Sequence record: MK562502
Direction: 5' to 3' (one strand)
Source of the DNA: Shigella phage KPS64
Length of the DNA stretch: 64,000 bases
Shown: one piece after another, positions 36,695 through 51,467 of the stretch
Layout of the letters: every line of letters begins with the position of its first letter
Position numbering within the stretch: position 1 is the stretch's first letter
Program-made: the position numbers and the translations under genes
The notes under the pieces: generated by a model
Seen by the model: the letters and a program-made list of their open reading frames with translations, nothing else
What the model was told of the DNA's origin: nothing
Databases searched by the model: none

Positions 36695-39073
36695 TTATGC
36701 AGTTCTTACCCAAGCCATTAATTTAATGTAAGTGTTAAGAACACTGAATGCTGCACCAGAACCAGTTGCACCAGTGTTACCACTGAATGTGTGGTTGTGA
36801 GCACCAATACCTACACCGTGACCGTGAGCACCTACCCAACTTGTTCTCCCTGTCCAAGTTCTTGATGCGTAGAAGTTGACAGGTGTACCATAAGTGAATT
36901 GTGAACCAGTATAACCCCTAGAGGCTTGTGAACCTGAGATAGCGAATGCCCCACTTGCTGTATAAAAGCTATTTGAGTCACTTCTGAAGAAACCAAAGTC
37001 ACCAGAGATTTCCATGTTACCTCTGTCATGGTCGTGAGCACCTTGAGCGTCTGTGTACTTAGTACCATAATCAAAGGTAGTGGTTGTTCCAGAGAAGCTG
37101 TGAGTGTGCGCAGGGATATGACCAACACTTAATGCAACTGTATCAGCACCACCAAGCCCTTTCACATCGGAACCATTTGCAGAACCGATTCTAATAGTTC
37201 TGTTTGCACCCTCTGTCAAGTAAGTCCAAGTAGTGCCTGGGAAAGCTGTATTTGGGTTGACATTAGAAGCAAAGAACGTCACAATACCAACTGGATACAC
37301 TTTCTTAAGGTCTGTAGAATCAGTTACAGCGGAAGCAATACGTTGGTCTACTTCAGCCTTGGTGTAAGCACCAAGTTCAGAGGGTGTAGGTTTGTCTTGG
37401 TCTGTGTAGATTTTAGCCCAAACCTCTTCAAAACCAAATCCATCCCTTGCTGTTCTATAATAGATTCCAGTATTCTTGTAGTTAAATTTAAACTGTGCAG
37501 TCGGTGTAGATGTACCAACTCCAAGGTGCATTTGGTAAACTAAGTGAGTAGACCCACCAGTTGAATTTGTAACACTGTACAAACCTGTTTTTGCATTCCA
37601 AGCAATACCTGTTGCATCACCGACTTCGGTTCCAGTTCCAGATACACCAGACAACATATATCTTGAGTTTGCAGCAGACTGTGTGTAGTATCTTGAGTCA
37701 AAGTTTGACCAATCTGTAGGCTGAACCTGACCAGTTACTGATACGCTTCTGTTGAACATGAAAGTGTCAGCAATTTCTAACTGTACACCACCACTTGAAT
37801 AGTTGTACAGGAACAGAGAATTTGGCCTACTGCCTTCACCGTTACCAATATACCAACGTCTGTTGCCGTCTGCATTAGCGCCAACAATATACAGTGATGA
37901 ATTAGCTGTCCCACTTTGCAATGTGAAAGCAGCATCTGTAGTAACAATAGTTTGTGGGTTAGTAAAAACGTTTGCAGCATTAGTTCTTGCAAGCACGTTC
38001 GTTAAAGAGCTTGGAACATATCTTGTATCAAAGTTTGCGAAGTCACTTGGTTTTACCTGACCAGATACATTAATAGCTTTGTTAAATGAAAACTCTGTAG
38101 CAATTTTCAAGTTAACATTTGTCATCTGGTTTGCTAAAACAATCTCAGACTGCGTACCATCTGGTTGACCCACATACCAAGCACCTGTCCCAGCACTGTT
38201 GTAACCACGCATAAATAATGCAGCATTCTCTGAAGCCGCTCTTAAGTTAAGTGCATTACTATCTGCAATAACATAAGTCTTCCCGTTGAAGTTGTTAACC
38301 CCAACAAAGTTATTACTTGCATTAAGTCTTGCAAATCTCTGGTCAGCAGCAGTCTGTGTAAAGAATCTTGCATCAAGGTTATTCCAGTTATTAGGCTGAA
38401 CCTGACCATTGATTTCAAAGTTCTTATCAACACTAACAGAGTTTGTACCAAGAGTCAACGTAGCACCTTTGCTGTTAACTAATGTAACATCAGTACCAGA
38501 AGTCAAGTTACCAACTGTGAATCTCAAAGCATTATTTGAGTCTCTTGCTTCAATATATGCTCCACCATCTGGTAAGATACTTTTAAGTGTTAAACCAACA
38601 CCGTTGATATTAATGATTTGTCTTGCCAAGAAAGTATTTTCAGTTTCCTTCATAGCATATCTTGCATCATTTTCAGTGTTAGTTCTCATACCTAATTCAT
38701 TAGGAGATGGTTTATTAAGTGTGTGATAAACTGTTGCAGACCTTGTGGCATCATTTACAGTTAATCTTAAAGCACTTGCATTAATTCTAAAGGTCTTGGC
38801 AGTGTCACCGAGAATAACTTCAGAAGAACCTGTTGGGTCTAATAAGTCTTTTCCACCGTATCTTAATTTAACGATGCCAAGATTCCCTGTCATATCCCCA
38901 CCAGTTAGTTGTAAGAATCTTTCTAGTTTGAAAGAGGCAAGGAAATTTGCATAGGTCATTTTACGGTCTTCATCACCTAGCATATCAGACCTTTTGATAA
39001 TTCTTAGGTGAAGTAAATCTTCTGAGCGAACTGTATCAATACTGTTTAGCTCACTTAGCTTATATTCAGCCAT
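36695..39073 (-). CDS. tail fibre protein
   Basis: 792-aa ORF, Thr/Asn/Gly-rich; C-terminal His-rich motifs (HTHSFSG...FDYGTK...GAHGHG) ending WVRTA. Confidence 0.7.
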   Translation of the reverse strand: MAEYKLSELNSIDTVRSEDLLHLRIIKRSDMLGDEDRKMTYANFLASFKLERFLQLTGGDMTGNLGIVKLRYGGKDLLDPTGSSEVILGDTAKTFRINASALRLTVNDATRSATVYHTLNKPSPNELGMRTNTENDARYAMKETENTFLARQIININGVGLTLKSILPDGGAYIEARDSNNALRFTVGNLTSGTDVTLVNSKGATLTLGTNSVSVDKNFEINGQVQPNNWNNLDARFFTQTAADQRFARLNASNNFVGVNNFNGKTYVIADSNALNLRAASENAALFMRGYNSAGTGAWYVGQPDGTQSEIVLANQMTNVNLKIATEFSFNKAINVSGQVKPSDFANFDTRYVPSSLTNVLARTNAANVFTNPQTIVTTDAAFTLQSGTANSSLYIVGANADGNRRWYIGNGEGSRPNSLFLYNYSSGGVQLEIADTFMFNRSVSVTGQVQPTDWSNFDSRYYTQSAANSRYMLSGVSGTGTEVGDATGIAWNAKTGLYSVTNSTGGSTHLVYQMHLGVGTSTPTAQFKFNYKNTGIYYRTARDGFGFEEVWAKIYTDQDKPTPSELGAYTKAEVDQRIASAVTDSTDLKKVYPVGIVTFFASNVNPNTAFPGTTWTYLTEGANRTIRIGSANGSDVKGLGGADTVALSVGHIPAHTHSFSGTTTTFDYGTKYTDAQGAHDHDRGNMEISGDFGFFRSDSNSFYTASGAFAISGSQASRGYTGSQFTYGTPVNFYASRTWTGRTSWVGAHGHGVGIGAHNHTFSGNTGATGSGAAFSVLNTYIKLMAWVRTA

Positions 39074-39118
39074 TTATAAATCCTCTTTCTAGGGGCTGTG
39101 TAGCCCCTTATAAAATAA

Positions 39119-40294
39119 TTACGCAGTTCTCTTCCAAACATATACAACATAAGAAGGTTGCTCAATATTAAATGCTTGTCCAGCACCAAATGCACCAGTT
39201 GTACCTGAGTGAGTGTGCTCAGAAGATTGAACTGTCACAGTACCTGAGTGTCCATGTGAACCAATTGCAACGCTGTGTCCATGTGCTCCGATATACACAC
39301 TGTGAGAGTGGTTACCACCAACTGAAGAGTTAACATTGAAGGTATGTGTGTGAACCCCATCAAAGTCTGTATATGACGCATTCCCAACACCTGCATCAGC
39401 CGTTGCCGTAATAGCATTCACACCACCCCTGTCAGAACCCCTCAATGGAATCCTGTGGCTGTGACTACCAGCACTGCTTACAGAACCATTAACGTTATGA
39501 GCGTGGCTTCCAGATTCGTTTGTGGCCTTAGAACCGTAATCAAAACTTGATGTGCTCTTAGTCCCATAGTCAAAGCTAGAAATTACTACTGTTGCATTAT
39601 GGGAGTGTCCACCACCAGTTAACAATACAGAGTGTGTGTGGCTTGGAATGTTATTTTGTGTAAGTGTTACAGTAGCAGAACCAAATACTGATTCTACAGG
39701 TCTTGTATCTGTGTCATAACCGACAAGAGACCTTCCTTTAGAAACTAACTCCCAAGTACCACCACAAAGTAAATATGTAGATGGGTTTGCAGGGTTAACT
39801 GACAAATGAATAGTACCAATCGGATAGCTATTCTGGATAGCCCTGTATAAAGCATTCACAGCTTTTGCAGTAGCATACTTATCAGCATCTTCAGAGTAAG
39901 AGTTTGAATATGTCCAGTTTTGAATATTAGACAAACCTACTTGAATCTTGTTAGTGTTGTGAGGGTTATTCTTGTCATTAATGTGATTCTGGATAAGAGC
40001 ATTAACTTCATCACTTGATAGAATATTAAGGTTCTGCCTAGCCTCTTCAACACTAACCACGTCTGACAAGTTATTAGCAGCCACTAATTGGAGTGCGTTA
40101 ACAACATTACCAAGTTCTACGTGAACCTTTGTAACACCGTGTGGGTTATTTCTTAAAGATGCGTGTGGAGCAAGTAATTGCTCAAGTGTGCATCGTTTAT
40201 CCTCAATACCTTGCTTAAGGTGAAAGATATCACTTAAATCAATAGGCAACGAGGCTTGAGGTAATGCACTAATTTGAATTTCACCGACTGGCAT
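39119..40294 (-). CDS. tail fibre protein (second, shared C-terminal module)
   Basis: 391-aa ORF with the same C-terminal motif set (HTHSV...FDYGTK...GAHGHS...WKRTA). Confidence 0.65.
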   Translation of the reverse strand: MPVGEIQISALPQASLPIDLSDIFHLKQGIEDKRCTLEQLLAPHASLRNNPHGVTKVHVELGNVVNALQLVAANNLSDVVSVEEARQNLNILSSDEVNALIQNHINDKNNPHNTNKIQVGLSNIQNWTYSNSYSEDADKYATAKAVNALYRAIQNSYPIGTIHLSVNPANPSTYLLCGGTWELVSKGRSLVGYDTDTRPVESVFGSATVTLTQNNIPSHTHSVLLTGGGHSHNATVVISSFDYGTKSTSSFDYGSKATNESGSHAHNVNGSVSSAGSHSHRIPLRGSDRGGVNAITATADAGVGNASYTDFDGVHTHTFNVNSSVGGNHSHSVYIGAHGHSVAIGSHGHSGTVTVQSSEHTHSGTTGAFGAGQAFNIEQPSYVVYVWKRTA

Positions 40295-40296
40295 TA

Positions 40297-40596
40297 TTAG
40301 CTCCCTTTATATTCGTATGTGTAAAGGTTAGTCGTGCTAGTGGGTGCAGTTCCTGTTACTGTGTCAATTAATTCCCAACCATTGGAAACTAAATCAGGTT
40401 GCTCCATAGCAAATGAACGAACCTCTCCAACCGTACCATTTACTTTGTTAAGCAAATAGTTGATAATATAGTTAAACCACTGACGACCCATAGGCTCACC
40501 CCTTAATAGGCCAGTGGCTTGAATTTCTGGAGGTGGTAAAACTTTAAGCTGGTTACCATCAGCATCAACTGTATCTGTAGACCATGAAAGAGACAT
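40297..40596 (-). CDS. hypothetical tail-associated protein
   Basis: 99-aa ORF between fibre and baseplate genes. Confidence 0.35.
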   Translation of the reverse strand: MSLSWSTDTVDADGNQLKVLPPPEIQATGLLRGEPMGRQWFNYIINYLLNKVNGTVGEVRSFAMEQPDLVSNGWELIDTVTGTAPTSTTNLYTYEYKGS

Positions 40597-41492
40597 TATG
40601 AACTTCCTTCTTGTTGAGATTTATCTTTTCTGCCTTTGACGATTTGGGCGACTTCTGCCATAATCCCATAATCACCACCTGCTACTGTTTCTTTACCAGC
40701 AATGAAATAGTCGTTGCTATTGTTTGTTTTGCTGACTTTTAAATAATCTTTACTGGTACTTCCACCAGTTTTATCCACTCTTACATAACCATCTCTTACA
40801 CCTGCATCTGCAAAACTACCTAATTTATTTGCTTCTAGAGAGCCACCTGTGTTGTTCGTAATAAGACCCTTGTTAGTGTTTGTTACAAACCAGTTATTGT
40901 TCTCATCAGTAATTGCCAGAGATGAATCGGCAACCTCTACAGGAGTCCAAGCAGTACCATTTAAGGTAACATCTCTAAGGATAACTGCTGAACCAATAGT
41001 TGTTGCAGCAATCTTAGAAAGTGTGTATGCTGTATCTAACACGTTATTACGAGTGTTTACACGGATAACAATTCCACCAGTCATTGGCGTAATGTGCTCA
41101 AAAATCTGACTGAATGATGCGTTGTAAAGGGTCATAACAGCCCTTTGTAAGAAGCTTGGTGTGGTGTCAGAACGTCTTAAGAAAATTTGAATGTAGAGGA
41201 TAGCTCTGTAAGTGTCATCATCAGCACCAATAGGTCTAGGGACTTTAATCAAAGCCCCGATGTTATCAAGTTGTGTGCCAACACCTACACGAATATTTCT
41301 TTCAGTATATAACTGATTACTGATATCCTCTAATAATTGTAACTCATCTGTGATAGATTTCAATAGACTCGTGTAAATAAACTTATCTTTGAATTGAGTT
41401 ACAGTTCTTTCGTCCAATGTTTTCTCATAAAAGTTTTCAATCTTTTTAAACATTGTTACTCCTTGGTAATTGTATACTGTGAGCTTTCCCAA
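40596..41492 (-). CDS. putative baseplate/tail protein
   Basis: 298-aa ORF; assignment by position only. Confidence 0.35.
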   Translation of the reverse strand: MGKLTVYNYQGVTMFKKIENFYEKTLDERTVTQFKDKFIYTSLLKSITDELQLLEDISNQLYTERNIRVGVGTQLDNIGALIKVPRPIGADDDTYRAILYIQIFLRRSDTTPSFLQRAVMTLYNASFSQIFEHITPMTGGIVIRVNTRNNVLDTAYTLSKIAATTIGSAVILRDVTLNGTAWTPVEVADSSLAITDENNNWFVTNTNKGLITNNTGGSLEANKLGSFADAGVRDGYVRVDKTGGSTSKDYLKVSKTNNSNDYFIAGKETVAGGDYGIMAEVAQIVKGRKDKSQQEGSS

Positions 41493-42925
41493 ACAGTGTA
41501 CTGGTCACCATCAATAGTGATTCTTGAGGTTGTGTACTGCCCCTCAGCAGGTGGAATTGCTTGGTTATTTGAAAGTGCAACCTTAATCTCATTAATCTCG
41601 ATACCTTGAATCACATCATAGATATGTCCATAGATTCTGTTAGGGATTACATCGTTACCAACTTTCAAAGTTCTACCGTAGGCATTAATACCTTGAACAA
41701 TTCTGTCATGAATATCCTGTTCAGGGATGTTAAGAGTTTCTTCATCATAAAGAGAGTAAGTAACCTTGACAAAAACGTATTTAGGCATTGGCCTACTAAA
41801 GTAAACGTCGTGAGGGAGAGAACCTAAGTCATATGCAGTCCCAAAGATTGAACCATATGGGCGAATACCAGCAGGTTTCGTGTCCCAGATTGCCTGTGCA
41901 ATATTATCATTCTGACCACCAACTACAACAATCTTAAAAGACTTCGGAGGAAGACCATCAGAGTTTGTTGTCTCAGTATCATTTTCTACACCAGAAGCAT
42001 CAGACACACCTTGAACTCTCTTGACAGCAGCTACAATAGCATCTAGAGTACCTACACCAGTAACAGCCAGAGATTCTAAGTAACGTTGTCTCAGTTCTGT
42101 GTCAGTTTCCTCATCACGACCTGTTGTCAAGTCATATCTGTTGAAAACACTATCGAGACCATCTACAGTTGTTTCAATCTCAATCAAGGTTCCTGCCAGA
42201 GTCTGGATGGCTCCAGTTTCATCTGCTACAACGTCACTAATTGAAGTAATCTTTGTAAATGTTAAGAATGTCGTTGCGGTAACAACCATAGGGTTAGTTC
42301 TGGCAATGATATCTCCAGTGTCTTTATAGATTCTCAGAACTGAACCATCATTAGTAACTTCAGCCTTTGCAATAATACCACCATTAATAGCATCTGCAAG
42401 TTTCTGTAGCAATGTTGTAATGGTATCAGAACTAGTCGGCTGATATGAATACTCAATGTTGTCAATGATAATAACATAGTTTGCATCTGTTCGTAAAGAG
42501 TTAACTTCTAAGTTTGCCTCTACACAGTAAGATGGAGTCAGTGTGAAAGTTGACACAGGGTAAAAGATATTACCTGCTGTGCTTCTTAATCTTGTAGTGG
42601 CTGGTACAGGAGCACCAGAATTACCAGTGAACTCAGCTTGGCCTCTTGTAGCCTGTGCCACATATCTGTATACAGCATTCAAAGCTGTTACATCATCTAA
42701 ACTGAATCCTTCAGCTTTGTCAATAGTACCACCGTCATAGATTTCTGACAAGATTTCATGAACGTCTGCAAGACCTCGGCAAACAGAAGCTAAGAATAAC
42801 CCAAGTTCGCTATCTTCAGAAACATCAAGGTTTGGTGAGATATCTCTATACAGACTTGCTTTAACATCATCCAAGATTTCTTGATATCTTTTTGTTTGTA
42901 AACCTGTAGTTGTTAATCCAGCCAT
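41456..42925 (-). CDS. putative baseplate wedge protein (J-like)
   Basis: 489-aa ORF; size and position in baseplate block. Confidence 0.4.
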   Translation of the reverse strand: MAGLTTTGLQTKRYQEILDDVKASLYRDISPNLDVSEDSELGLFLASVCRGLADVHEILSEIYDGGTIDKAEGFSLDDVTALNAVYRYVAQATRGQAEFTGNSGAPVPATTRLRSTAGNIFYPVSTFTLTPSYCVEANLEVNSLRTDANYVIIIDNIEYSYQPTSSDTITTLLQKLADAINGGIIAKAEVTNDGSVLRIYKDTGDIIARTNPMVVTATTFLTFTKITSISDVVADETGAIQTLAGTLIEIETTVDGLDSVFNRYDLTTGRDEETDTELRQRYLESLAVTGVGTLDAIVAAVKRVQGVSDASGVENDTETTNSDGLPPKSFKIVVVGGQNDNIAQAIWDTKPAGIRPYGSIFGTAYDLGSLPHDVYFSRPMPKYVFVKVTYSLYDEETLNIPEQDIHDRIVQGINAYGRTLKVGNDVIPNRIYGHIYDVIQGIEINEIKVALSNNQAIPPAEGQYTTSRITIDGDQYTVWESSQYTITKE

Positions 42926-43340
42926 TAAATATTTACCTCTGTATTAATTTCAACATCGTCAGCAGTTGTCGTTGCATTAAATCTTACTGACACTTTTCTC
43001 ATTGCATTATCCATTGTTGAAGAGTAGTTGTAGATGTTTGTTACATCTCTCGTTTCAACAAGGTAACCTTTCATATAATTATCAAAAATAGAGGTCTTCT
43101 GCTTGAACTTAGCAAGCTGTAAATAAGGGAATCCAGCAGATGTATTAAAGAATACCTCTCCAGCCCTTAGAAGACACCTAATATGTAATCTTTGAGCTAC
43201 CTGAGTAGCTTTATCGTCTTCTGGGATAATTCTAATCTGATTACCCGTAATTTTTAAATCTCCGTGAGCAACGTATACAGAATCATTTCCTAATTTAGCT
43301 ACGTAGTCACCACCAAGATTGATTGCAAAATCTGTTTTCA

Positions 43341-43341
<1 letters not shown>
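42925..43341 (-). CDS. putative baseplate protein (W/gp25-like size class)
   Basis: 138-aa ORF; position only. Confidence 0.3.
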
Positions 43342-46102
<2,761 letters not shown>

Positions 46103-46103
<1 letters not shown>

Positions 46104-48340
46104 TATTCATCCTCTGGGTAGCTAGAGTTTAACAGAATATCTTCCTGACTCTTATCAGTGATATCCACCATCTTAGTAGCAATCTGCTTACCATCCAGAT
46201 TAAAGGAAACGTGAAGCGTCTGCTTAGTTTGCAATGGTAGTCCAGAAGGAGTCATCATCATAGGTGTCTGGTTAAACTTGTTTGCAAAGTTATTTAGAGA
46301 CTCAGACAGATTGTTCATGATAATATCCCAATTTGACAAACCATTATCAACTCTCTGAATATTTCCAGAAGTGTCTGTGGTATATTGTGCAAACTGAAGT
46401 TGTCCATTCTGGTCAAAGAACATTGGACGTTTTGGATTAGTGATTCCTGAGATAGCTTCATTGAAAGGATTAGGTGTGTTAACCTCGTTAAATCTCTTTC
46501 CAGCATTCTTGTCAACTGAACCAGATAACATTAATGCAGAACCACCTACACCAAGAGCCATTCTGGTTGCTGATACACCAGCCGTTGTAGCTGCTGTTTC
46601 TGCTGCTGTAGTTAATCCAAACTTCTGTGCAATCTTAGCTAAGATACCTTCTTCAAAGATACTCTTGACAAATGCTACAGTACCACCAAAGATTTTAGCG
46701 ACTTTTGTAATAGCTGCAATTGAGACACCAATAGCGGTGAACGTAGCAACTAACTCAGCAGAATCCTTGATTAGTTTCTGTTGACTAGCATCTAATTCCT
46801 TGAAATAACCCATTGAGGTGTAGTACAATGAAGAAATGCGGTACATGATATCTGTCACGAAGTCTAGGAGGTTACTAGCACCTTTTAAAAGGTAACCAAT
46901 ACCTGTACCAAGCGCTTCAGATGTACCAAGGGAACCTTGCAAGAACATTGCAACTGAGTTAGAGAGTTGTGAAATACCTTCGCTAGAGTTGTTGAAGAGT
47001 GCTACAAGGGTGTTATCCCACATTGCCTTTGCTTGACCCATAGAGGTAGCTGTCTGCTTAGAAACTGCATTCATACCACCTGCTGCTTCAACAAGCTCTC
47101 TCATTTTTTCTGAGACTTTTGGTAGAACGTCTTTTGCAAGAAGTTTACCATCTTTCATCAGCTTATCAAGTTCTTGTGGGGTTTTACCAATAGCATCAGA
47201 GAATAACTGAACAGCACCTGCCAAACGGTCACCTAACTGACCACGAAGTTCTTCAGCCTGAATCTTACCTTTAGATGCCATTTGCTGGAAAGCAACCATG
47301 ATACCTTTCAAGTCTTCATCAGAAGCACCACGAATACGTGAGAACATAGCAGCATTCTTATAGAACTCCTGAGTACCTTGGAAACCTAACTCTGGTTGAG
47401 CACCAGCAGCGAAGTTTGAGTACTGCTTCATAGTGTCTGTGTAGTTCTGACCAATCTGGTGAGAGAACGTAGCAGCGAACATTCTAGCTTGCTGTGTATC
47501 CCCTCCAAAGATAGCTGTTGAGGCTAACTGTGCAGACTGTCTCTTTACACCTGCATCAATAGTCTTCTGAGCTAATTCCAGCATAGCATACGCTGAAACA
47601 AAACCACCTACAAGCTGTCTTAGTGAAGAGTTTGCTCTGTCTTGTAACCAAGCTGACTCTCTGACTGCCTTAAGTCTAGCATTTTCTGCAATAACCCAAC
47701 GTTTGGTAGTGTCAATGAGTTTCTTGACTTCCATCTCATACTCACCAACTTTACCACTACCTTTGTACTTATTATAGATTCCTTGTAAGCTTCCTCTGAA
47801 GGAAGTAGCCATTTGGTTACCTTGTCCACCAATTGTTTCAAGACGACGAGTCAAACCAGAATAGAAGTTGTTATTAAACATTCTTTCCATTTGTCTTTGA
47901 GCAATATCAGGTCTAACTCTAGGTGAACCACCACCTCCAACCGGAGGGATAGTATTACCACGGCCTCTACCAACTCCACCACGAACATTGACTTTACCTT
48001 CAACATTCATAGCTTGTCTTAGAGCCTTATTAATTTCTTTGGCTGTTTTCTTACCCTGTGTTTCTAATCTACGAAGTGATTTTACACCTTGTGAATCTAA
48101 ATTCATAGCATTGTTTAGGGATTTATTGATTCTGCCTGAAGCAGTCTGAGCGTTTTTTACAAGTCTGTTTAGAGCGTCTTGTGAACTTCTATTAGGCTTC
48201 ACATCAAAGGCTTTATTGATATTGCGTTCGATACGTTGAGCAGACTGCATAGCCATTTTCTCAACTCTTTGCAAACCCTTAACAACCTTTTCACTGAATC
48301 CAAGTTCAACAATAAAACTATCAACTGTATATTGTGCCAT
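46103..48340 (-). CDS. tail tape measure protein
   Basis: 745-aa ORF; helical Ala/Gln/Lys-rich sequence with Gly-rich segments; follows chaperone-size ORFs and tube/sheath. Confidence 0.7.
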
Positions 48341-48567
48341 TAAATTTTACCTGCTTTTCTGAGTTCGTTGTAAGCCATTTCTTCTTTATATGACTTCTGG
48401 ATTTCTAAATACTGACGTAGAGATAATAAATCAACGAAGGTCATATCAAAAAGTTGGTTGAGTGTTTCTTTACACCCATCCATACCATAAATAGCAAGCA
48501 CAAATTTCATCTCATCTGCTTCATCATAAGTTGCCTTTACAGCCCCGTCAGTCAGCGGGGTCTGCAT
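48340..48567 (-). CDS. putative tail assembly chaperone
   Basis: 75-aa ORF between tube and tape measure genes. Confidence 0.35.
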   Translation of the reverse strand: MQTPLTDGAVKATYDEADEMKFVLAIYGMDGCKETLNQLFDMTFVDLLSLRQYLEIQKSYKEEMAYNELRKAGKI

Positions 48568-48575
48568 AGAATAAC

Positions 48576-48977
48576 TTAAGCTTCCTGCTGAGAAGTTAGG
48601 CTTTTGAAAATGCTTGCCTCGAAAAAACTTCCGAAGTTTGCCTCCAAAGCAAAAGCTAAGAAGTCAATAAATTCACCGTAGTTCGCTTGGAAGTAACTAT
48701 CAATTTTCAGTGGGAAGTCATTAACTGTTGCCCCCTGAAATAGTGTCTCTGCCATTGCATCAATATCTAGTTCATCAACCTTTTCAAAGCAAGCTTCAAC
48801 GAGTTCTTTAAATGGGATTTTAGCTTCCCCATCTTTAGAGGTTAAACCAGAGAACATCTGTGCAAATGCTGGTACAACTGCTTTACCAAGTTTCATAGAG
48901 ATACGAATACCATCTCTTGCTCCAAGAAGAATAATAGTTACCTTCTTGCCGTTAATCATTTTAGTTTCAGTCTTCAT
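48576..48977 (-). CDS. putative tail assembly chaperone
   Basis: 133-aa ORF, same position class. Confidence 0.35.
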   Translation of the reverse strand: MKTETKMINGKKVTIILLGARDGIRISMKLGKAVVPAFAQMFSGLTSKDGEAKIPFKELVEACFEKVDELDIDAMAETLFQGATVNDFPLKIDSYFQANYGEFIDFLAFALEANFGSFFEASIFKSLTSQQEA

Positions 48978-49001
48978 TGTGATTCCTTAAAAGTTATGCT
49001 A

Positions 49002-49040
49002 TAAAAACACAAAAGGGGAAGACCTTTTACAGTCTCCCCC
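49002..49040 (-). terminator. rho-independent terminator (minus strand)
   Basis: Imperfect hairpin GGGGAGACTG-TAAAA-GGTCTTCCCC followed by TTTTGTGTTTTT on the minus strand, after the tube gene. Confidence 0.45.
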
Positions 49041-49053
49041 TTATTAGGATTTG

Positions 49054-49500
49054 TTAAACGCTTGACGCAGGGATTGTTGAAGTGTAGTCTAACTTCTCAC
49101 AACCGAAAATCCAAGTTTTCGAGTTCTGGTCACGACCTAATTCAATCTGTGGAAGCTCTTGCAACCAAGCATTAATACCTGTTGCCAGAACTGAACCAGA
49201 TGGGTCGTAAATTACAAAGTTAGATGAGATATCTTCTTCAAGTTCCATGTCATCTTGTTTAGCTTGAATTGCAGAAAGCATCTGGTTTGATAGAGAAGTC
49301 TGCATTAGCTCAATCTCAATCGTACCTGTCTTGTCTGCATTTCTTGTCAGAGCCACTTGACCACCTGCACCTACAACTTGCGTAACAAGTGGAGAGTTTC
49401 TCTGAAGACGCAAGAATGAGTCTGGTGCAAAACCTTCAATGGCAATGCCATTCCAGCTACAAACTACATCTTTAGGGGAATATTGCTGATACATAGCCAT
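49054..49500 (-). CDS. putative tail tube protein
   Basis: 148-aa ORF immediately downstream of the sheath-size gene. Confidence 0.45.
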   Translation of the reverse strand: MAMYQQYSPKDVVCSWNGIAIEGFAPDSFLRLQRNSPLVTQVVGAGGQVALTRNADKTGTIEIELMQTSLSNQMLSAIQAKQDDMELEEDISSNFVIYDPSGSVLATGINAWLQELPQIELGRDQNSKTWIFGCEKLDYTSTIPASSV

Positions 49501-49514
49501 TCCTAATTACTCCT

Positions 49515-50867
49515 TTATTCGTAAGCCACTGTGCCTTTCAAGTCAACATCCAAGATAGCCCCTGCAAGAATACCGTGGAAGGTAATGTCTTTCAGGATAC
49601 GTGCTTTCTTATCTGCCAATGCAACTTGTGAGGCTTTAGGAACAGTAACGGTGTAAGTTGACAAAAAGTTTCTGTTAACTGCTCGCTGAAGAGATGTTTC
49701 AATGACCTGACGAATACGGGTAATACCAGTATCATCATAAGTAATCTTACCACCCTTCTGATTAATTAGCAAGTCTCTCAGAGATGTTTTCAAATCAGAT
49801 TCAAGCCAATCAACACCACGTACAATATCAATCCATTCACCACCAGAAGTGATACCTCTGCGCACTACAGGAACCCCACCATCGAGGTCAATGAAGTTAC
49901 AGCTACGGGTATCCAAAGCTGACTTCTGAATGCTTGTCAGTGGTCTCTGGTTAGCAGGTTGTAGGGATGCTGCAACACCAGTTAACTGAGCGTTACCCCA
50001 AGCAATTGAACCTGCATCGTATGGAGCACCATATGCAATGTAAGCCATTTCTGGGTAGTCAAACTCGGCTGTGTGATGCCACAAGCAAACTGTACGAGTG
50101 TACTTGCTCTTAGCTAACTGTGCTGGAACATCTGTTGCAGAGGTCAAATCAGTGCCTTGCAGAGCCTTAACGTCAGCATTAGCTGTGAAGAAAATCTTCT
50201 TACGAGCCTGAATCTCTGAAGCCATTGCTAAGACAAACTGTTGAGTTCTGTCTTCTGCTGAGATGAAGTACCAATCTGTTGAATATGTCTCAATGGATGC
50301 CAGAGCAGCGGAAGCCGTGTCAGCAGTTGTTGCTGCAATAGACGTTGTAGGTGTAATAGATGTTACTTTTACGAAGTCATTATCACCAGCTTTAGTAATA
50401 ATCATCGTCGCAGAAGCACCAGTACCTGTTACACTAGCATTAACACCATCTTTAATTGTTGGGCTTGCTTCAATCTGTGATTTAAACTCATTCAAGACAA
50501 TAAGTGCTGTGTCGCTTTCTTTTGCAGTGTATTGGAATGGCTGAGAAACACCACCACCGATAGCAACTGTCAATGAATATTCACTTCCTTCAGCCACTGT
50601 GTCAGGAATAGAAACAGTATATTGCATAGTTCTTCTACCAATATACAGTTGAGTTACTTTTGGAGTTTGGCTCCATAGCTGTTTTGCAGCTTTATACGCA
50701 GCAGTACTTTCATCAAAGTCTTCAGCTACTTCTGTTAATGAAGTATAACCACGGATTCTTTCTTCAAAGTTATCTGTTGAAGCAAGGAATAATGGTAAAC
50801 CAAAACCTTCTCTTGTAGTTCCTGCTGTGTTCAATGTAATATCTACATTAACAATTGGATTCCACAT
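49515..50867 (-). CDS. putative tail sheath protein
   Basis: 450-aa ORF upstream of the tube gene; implies a contractile tail. Position and size only. Confidence 0.5.
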   Translation of the reverse strand: MWNPIVNVDITLNTAGTTREGFGLPLFLASTDNFEERIRGYTSLTEVAEDFDESTAAYKAAKQLWSQTPKVTQLYIGRRTMQYTVSIPDTVAEGSEYSLTVAIGGGVSQPFQYTAKESDTALIVLNEFKSQIEASPTIKDGVNASVTGTGASATMIITKAGDNDFVKVTSITPTTSIAATTADTASAALASIETYSTDWYFISAEDRTQQFVLAMASEIQARKKIFFTANADVKALQGTDLTSATDVPAQLAKSKYTRTVCLWHHTAEFDYPEMAYIAYGAPYDAGSIAWGNAQLTGVAASLQPANQRPLTSIQKSALDTRSCNFIDLDGGVPVVRRGITSGGEWIDIVRGVDWLESDLKTSLRDLLINQKGGKITYDDTGITRIRQVIETSLQRAVNRNFLSTYTVTVPKASQVALADKKARILKDITFHGILAGAILDVDLKGTVAYE

Positions 50868-51467
50868 TTATTTTACCCCTTTGGAGTCTACATCTAGATG
50901 GATAGTATATTCTGGTGGCTCCTGTCCTTCCTCGTAAACCAATTCACCATCCACAATGATACGCTCGATAATACTTCCACGCTCATCTTTTAATACTGAA
51001 TTTTTTACAAGGGTTACAACAAGAGGTGCAGAATTTTCAAAATCTGTGTTGAGATAAGTATAATCATTTGGGATAGCCCCTGTATCAAGTACTGAAGCAC
51101 CTGTCATGTCAGCTAGATAATCTCTTGTAGTACTCATCTCTAATCTTTGTTTTAGCTCAAGCATAATACTGTGAGCACCTTTACCATTTACAGTAATCAG
51201 TACAGGAATCTGGAAAGCAATTCTGTAACAAACTACATCATCTTCCACGAACTTATCAAGAACCCAACCATAAGGTGTGGTAGCATCTTGACAGTATACT
51301 GTAATAAAAGGCTGGTCTGGTTTTAGACCTTTATCATTGGAATTATCTGAAGGGTAAGCCCTAATAACATTTGGTCTGTTATTCTTGTCTCTCGCTAAAC
51401 GGTGACCAATAACATCAACCAAAACTCGGACAATACCTTTCTCAAGTTCTGCTGTTTCTAACTGCAT
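50868..51467 (-). CDS. putative head-tail joining protein
   Basis: 199-aa ORF between capsid and sheath genes. Confidence 0.3.
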   Translation of the reverse strand: MQLETAELEKGIVRVLVDVIGHRLARDKNNRPNVIRAYPSDNSNDKGLKPDQPFITVYCQDATTPYGWVLDKFVEDDVVCYRIAFQIPVLITVNGKGAHSIMLELKQRLEMSTTRDYLADMTGASVLDTGAIPNDYTYLNTDFENSAPLVVTLVKNSVLKDERGSIIERIIVDGELVYEEGQEPPEYTIHLDVDSKGVK

